Assembly: GCA_002104905.1 (NCBI GenBank)
Contig: MCFE01000382.1
Coordinates: 19,916-83,915, forward strand
Direction: 5' to 3'
Length of the DNA stretch: 64,000 nt
Source: Basidiobolus meristosporus CBS 931.73
Taxonomy: Eukaryota > Fungi > Basidiobolomycota
Shown here piece by piece: positions 60,594 to 64,000 of this stretch. Position 1 is the stretch's first letter, and each line of letters begins with the position of its first letter. Both the position numbers and the translations under genes were made by a program. Under the pieces are notes generated by a model. It ran no database searches and was not told the DNA's origin. It worked only from the letters and a program-made list of their open reading frames with translations.

Positions 60594-62948
60594 GTTATTG
60601 CTGCTACCAATGTTACAAGTCTTGGTATAAGAATTATGGGGAAACAAGGAGCTTAGCTGGTGTTATATTTGCTAAAACTAGTAATGATATTTATTGAGGT
60701 TCTGGCATTTGCTATAAACAATTTGCCAGATCAATTGCTGATTAATTTTATTTGCTAATCTAGGTAGTGACTGATGACTGATTTAATTTTATCATCACCA
60801 CACAGTTAGAACCTACATAATATATCAATTTCTTTCTGATATGGATCTGCTGATACATTAGCTGACTAACACCACTGATTAGATAAGAATACTGATCTAG
60901 TGATAGACTAAACATAAAGCTAATGATTTGACTAAAAACTGAGCTAGCTTCCATATTCAAGCAGTGGATCATAACACCAAGTCATGGGTATTGGCCTCAC
61001 CAATGCCCCTGCAACATTCATAACCTTGATGTACACTCTCTTCATGGGAAACTTAAACCGGCCTATGGTAATATGTCTAGATAACATATTGTTATACAGC
61101 AAAAAAGAAGTGATCCATTTGGTGCACACTAAAGTGAAATTGAAGAAGCTTAACTAGAGCAAGCCAAATGGCAAGTTTGCAAACTTAGTGAAAAATAATG
61201 GCAATAATTCCATCAAAAGACCATCAAAAAATCATAATCCTGCAACTAAGAAGTATTGATCATGCCAAGACACTTTGCAAACACCATTTAGAAATTTGGC
61301 ACATCCTGTGAGATGGGAGTCTACTGGAGCTTCTGACCTAATATTCCAAGCTTGTTTGGAGTCATTCATTCCCTCTGCAAGGAGCGCCTTCATTGCTGTT
61401 AGCTGGGAATTATAGTCTCAAGGGCTTTTGTTGCTATTAATGGTAGGATTAAATTTTGTAGGATAATGGTTCCTGTAATAGCAGAGAGGCTCAACAAGGG
61501 TCTCCTTGAGTACACTGGGGTAAACAGTCCACTGTACCTGGTACGGGTCTCCCCAAATTTATCACGGAAATCCAGTGGCATTGATTGGATTAAAAAGATA
61601 ATACCATTAAGATGAGTAAGTAGTGTTAAAATTTATATGTGAATGTATACTTTCAATTGGCATTGACTTGACACTATCAGCTTAATTTTTTTGATTTACC
61701 TTGCATTATTATCTAATCTCCATCAATTGCCACATATCCCATCATTATGATTCAAAAGTCATCCACAAACAATGACTTGGTGATTCTGCTCATGATTCAC
61801 TTACAAGTCTGTATTCAAATAGGAAATCTGCAGCTGATGTGATCTGATCTGTGTCAAAAATATCCAAGATGCATCATGTATTATATACTGAAAACTCAAC
61901 AATTACATTGTTTTGCATATAAGACTCATATACACCAGGTTGATATCAATATACAACTGTTTAGTTATCCAAATCCATCACTATGAGCCTATACTATGTC
62001 ACAACTCATCCTTAGTACATACATAGAGTATCCATCCTTGAACTCACTAATGCAGCCCAGACCAGAAGATATTATCTTGAATCCAACTGAGTGCTTACCA
62101 ACTGATTTTAGTATGTCCCAAGTATCTATGGCAAGCCTTTGTACATATATTTGGCTACTGCTCATTTATCTATCAAGACTGGACACCTCAGAGAGTCAAC
62201 AGTGATGCAATGACTAGTGTAGAAAGCTGCAGGACAGGTTCTATGTCTGGATGCCAGCAGATAGGTTTACACAAGTCCTTACCATACCTTGCACCACCTG
62301 TGCACCCATGCGCATCAATTCAATCTACACCACACCCTTCACAGGAGCATTAAGCGCTAAGTCATTGTGCACAGTTCAGAGCAAAGCTCCCAGATCTCAC
62401 CAGACTGCTCAATTAATTACAAGTCCATTGAAGCCGGCCAAGTTGTGTCAAAATATGACAGTACATAAAACTCAGACAAGGACCATGCCTACTCATCAAG
62501 TTGTGCCAGCATATGCAAAAGCACCTGACCATTAGTATGTCACTTCTGGTGACCTGACTAATAATGGTCCACCAGAGATGCCTCTGCCTCAGGAGCCATA
62601 GGCAAGTAAAAGCACATGTTAGTGCATGGTGCTTTGGGCTGGTTCTGTAACATCTTCTAGAGCAATTCAGTGCAGCCAAGCTCCAGCATAGCACTCATCA
62701 ATCAGATGGCATAATACTGACTTTGAGTATACAAGCAGCTGATAGAAATGTTAGTTAGAAAGTAGTTTAGGTGCGCAGGGTGGATAACTGCCAAAATACA
62801 TTAGTAATTATCCCTTTGAGAAAAAGTGTAGGAGAAGGTCATGGAGTTGTGTTGAGTTACTATCATTTATCATGATCCAAGCAACTCCCTTTTTTTGCAA
62901 TGCAAACCAAGTTGTTGCAATCTAGTGATCACCAGATTGGCTCCATTG

Positions 62949-63548
62949 GATAGTGCCACATTGAGCCATAAGTACCAAATGCCTTCATAGTTTGCCAGAA
63001 AGGCCAAGAGAACCTATACTTGGCCATAGTGTGTGAAACATAGCTCTTCATCTTCATGCAAAGCAGCCCCCATGATTCACCCAGTATGTTGGAGAAAATC
63101 CATTTTTGACCTTTTTTTTAGGTCAATTTTGTGCAGGATCTGTACAACCACAAAATGATTGAAGATAAGCATCTGGTATAATTATTAACCCTAAAGTAAG
63201 ATCTATACAAAGCACTTATAGTGCCAGATAGTACCAGTGGACCTAGATAGTGCCATGCATTTTTGTGACATGTCATCAGCCACAGAAGCTAGATTTAGAG
63301 TGCCATGAATATTGCAAACCTGATGCATGCTGTCAGTTCTTCTGTGCTCTTACATTTCCTGCACATCATTGATCCACAAATAAATGTCAAAAAATTGTTT
63401 TTCTCCTACATCATAAGTGAAACATGGGGGCTGCTTTGCATGATGATGCAGAGCTATGCTTCACACTCTGTGGCCAAATATAGGTTTACTTGGCCTCTCA
63501 GGCACACTATGGCATCATTTGGCACTCATGGCTCAATGTGGCACTATC
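62949..63548. repeat. ~600-bp foldback (MITE-like) built from the GTGCCA-rich CACTA-associated end sequence
   Basis: 62949-63180 is the reverse complement of ~63320-63548. Both arms align with 26040-26360. Confidence 0.75.
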
Positions 63549-64000
63549 TAACAAATCAAGTCTACTAAACTCTGATTTAGGTAGTATTAAAGTTGTCTCA
63601 TGTTTAAGACAGAGCCTTGACCAAGTAATACCCTGCATGCTTATACCTCATCTGTAACACCAGTGGAGCTATTTTGATATGTTTAGCACCTACTTAGCTA
63701 GTTGTGTGCAAGCGGTGACACCATGTTCACTCACCAAAACCAGCAATCCACTAGCCCTGTGTGTGTTACATTAAAGAATCAGATCTTGATACTAGACTGA
63801 TTGTCCAAGAGCAACCCTGCCTATGGATAGCCACAGCAGCACACACAATTGAACTACACAACTTCAGATTTCACTGCATGCCATGGAACTGTACAATTGA
63901 GCAAGTCCAGTGTATTGTTGTGAGCCAAGATTGCCACAAGATCACACAAAGCTAACGCTAACACATACTCTCGAAGATGAGCCCAGTCAGCAATGTAAAA

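Noticed and set aside
62953-63546. CACTA pentamer as the true transposon terminus
   Set aside because: The pentamers face the wrong way and are part of the repeated TGGCACTAT motif, and no 3-bp TSD was found.

Overview
Eukaryotic DNA, most likely a fungus; an early-diverging lineage is my inference from the compact, nearly intron-free genes. A ~9.5-kb CpG-rich gene island (~9,780-19,300) sits inside a dense nest of CpG-depleted transposons. The island holds four genes: a mitochondrial carrier with one intron, a hypothetical protein, a predicted secreted cationic protein, and the mitochondrial RNA polymerase RPO41. The transposons are: two structurally complete but disabled Ty1/copia elements (620-5299 and 55915-60593) plus fragments and solo LTRs; degenerate CACTA/En-Spm-like transposons; and a multi-level Ty3/gypsy nest. 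In that nest, a decayed minus-strand gypsy has its 5' LTR split by a CpG-rich gypsy (40881-51272) carrying an extra ORF. That element's integrase is in turn split by a very young gag-protease-only LTR element (45270-48884) with identical LTRs. The most striking signals: (i) one LTR family inserted three independent times at the hexamer CAACGG, with 4-bp ACGG duplications; (ii) the gag-protease-only non-autonomous element; (iii) a ~389-codon third ORF in a gypsy element; (iv) a clear CpG-to-TpG/CpA decay signature. All alignments and counts were done by eye and no database was searched. Boundaries of decayed fragments are approximate.
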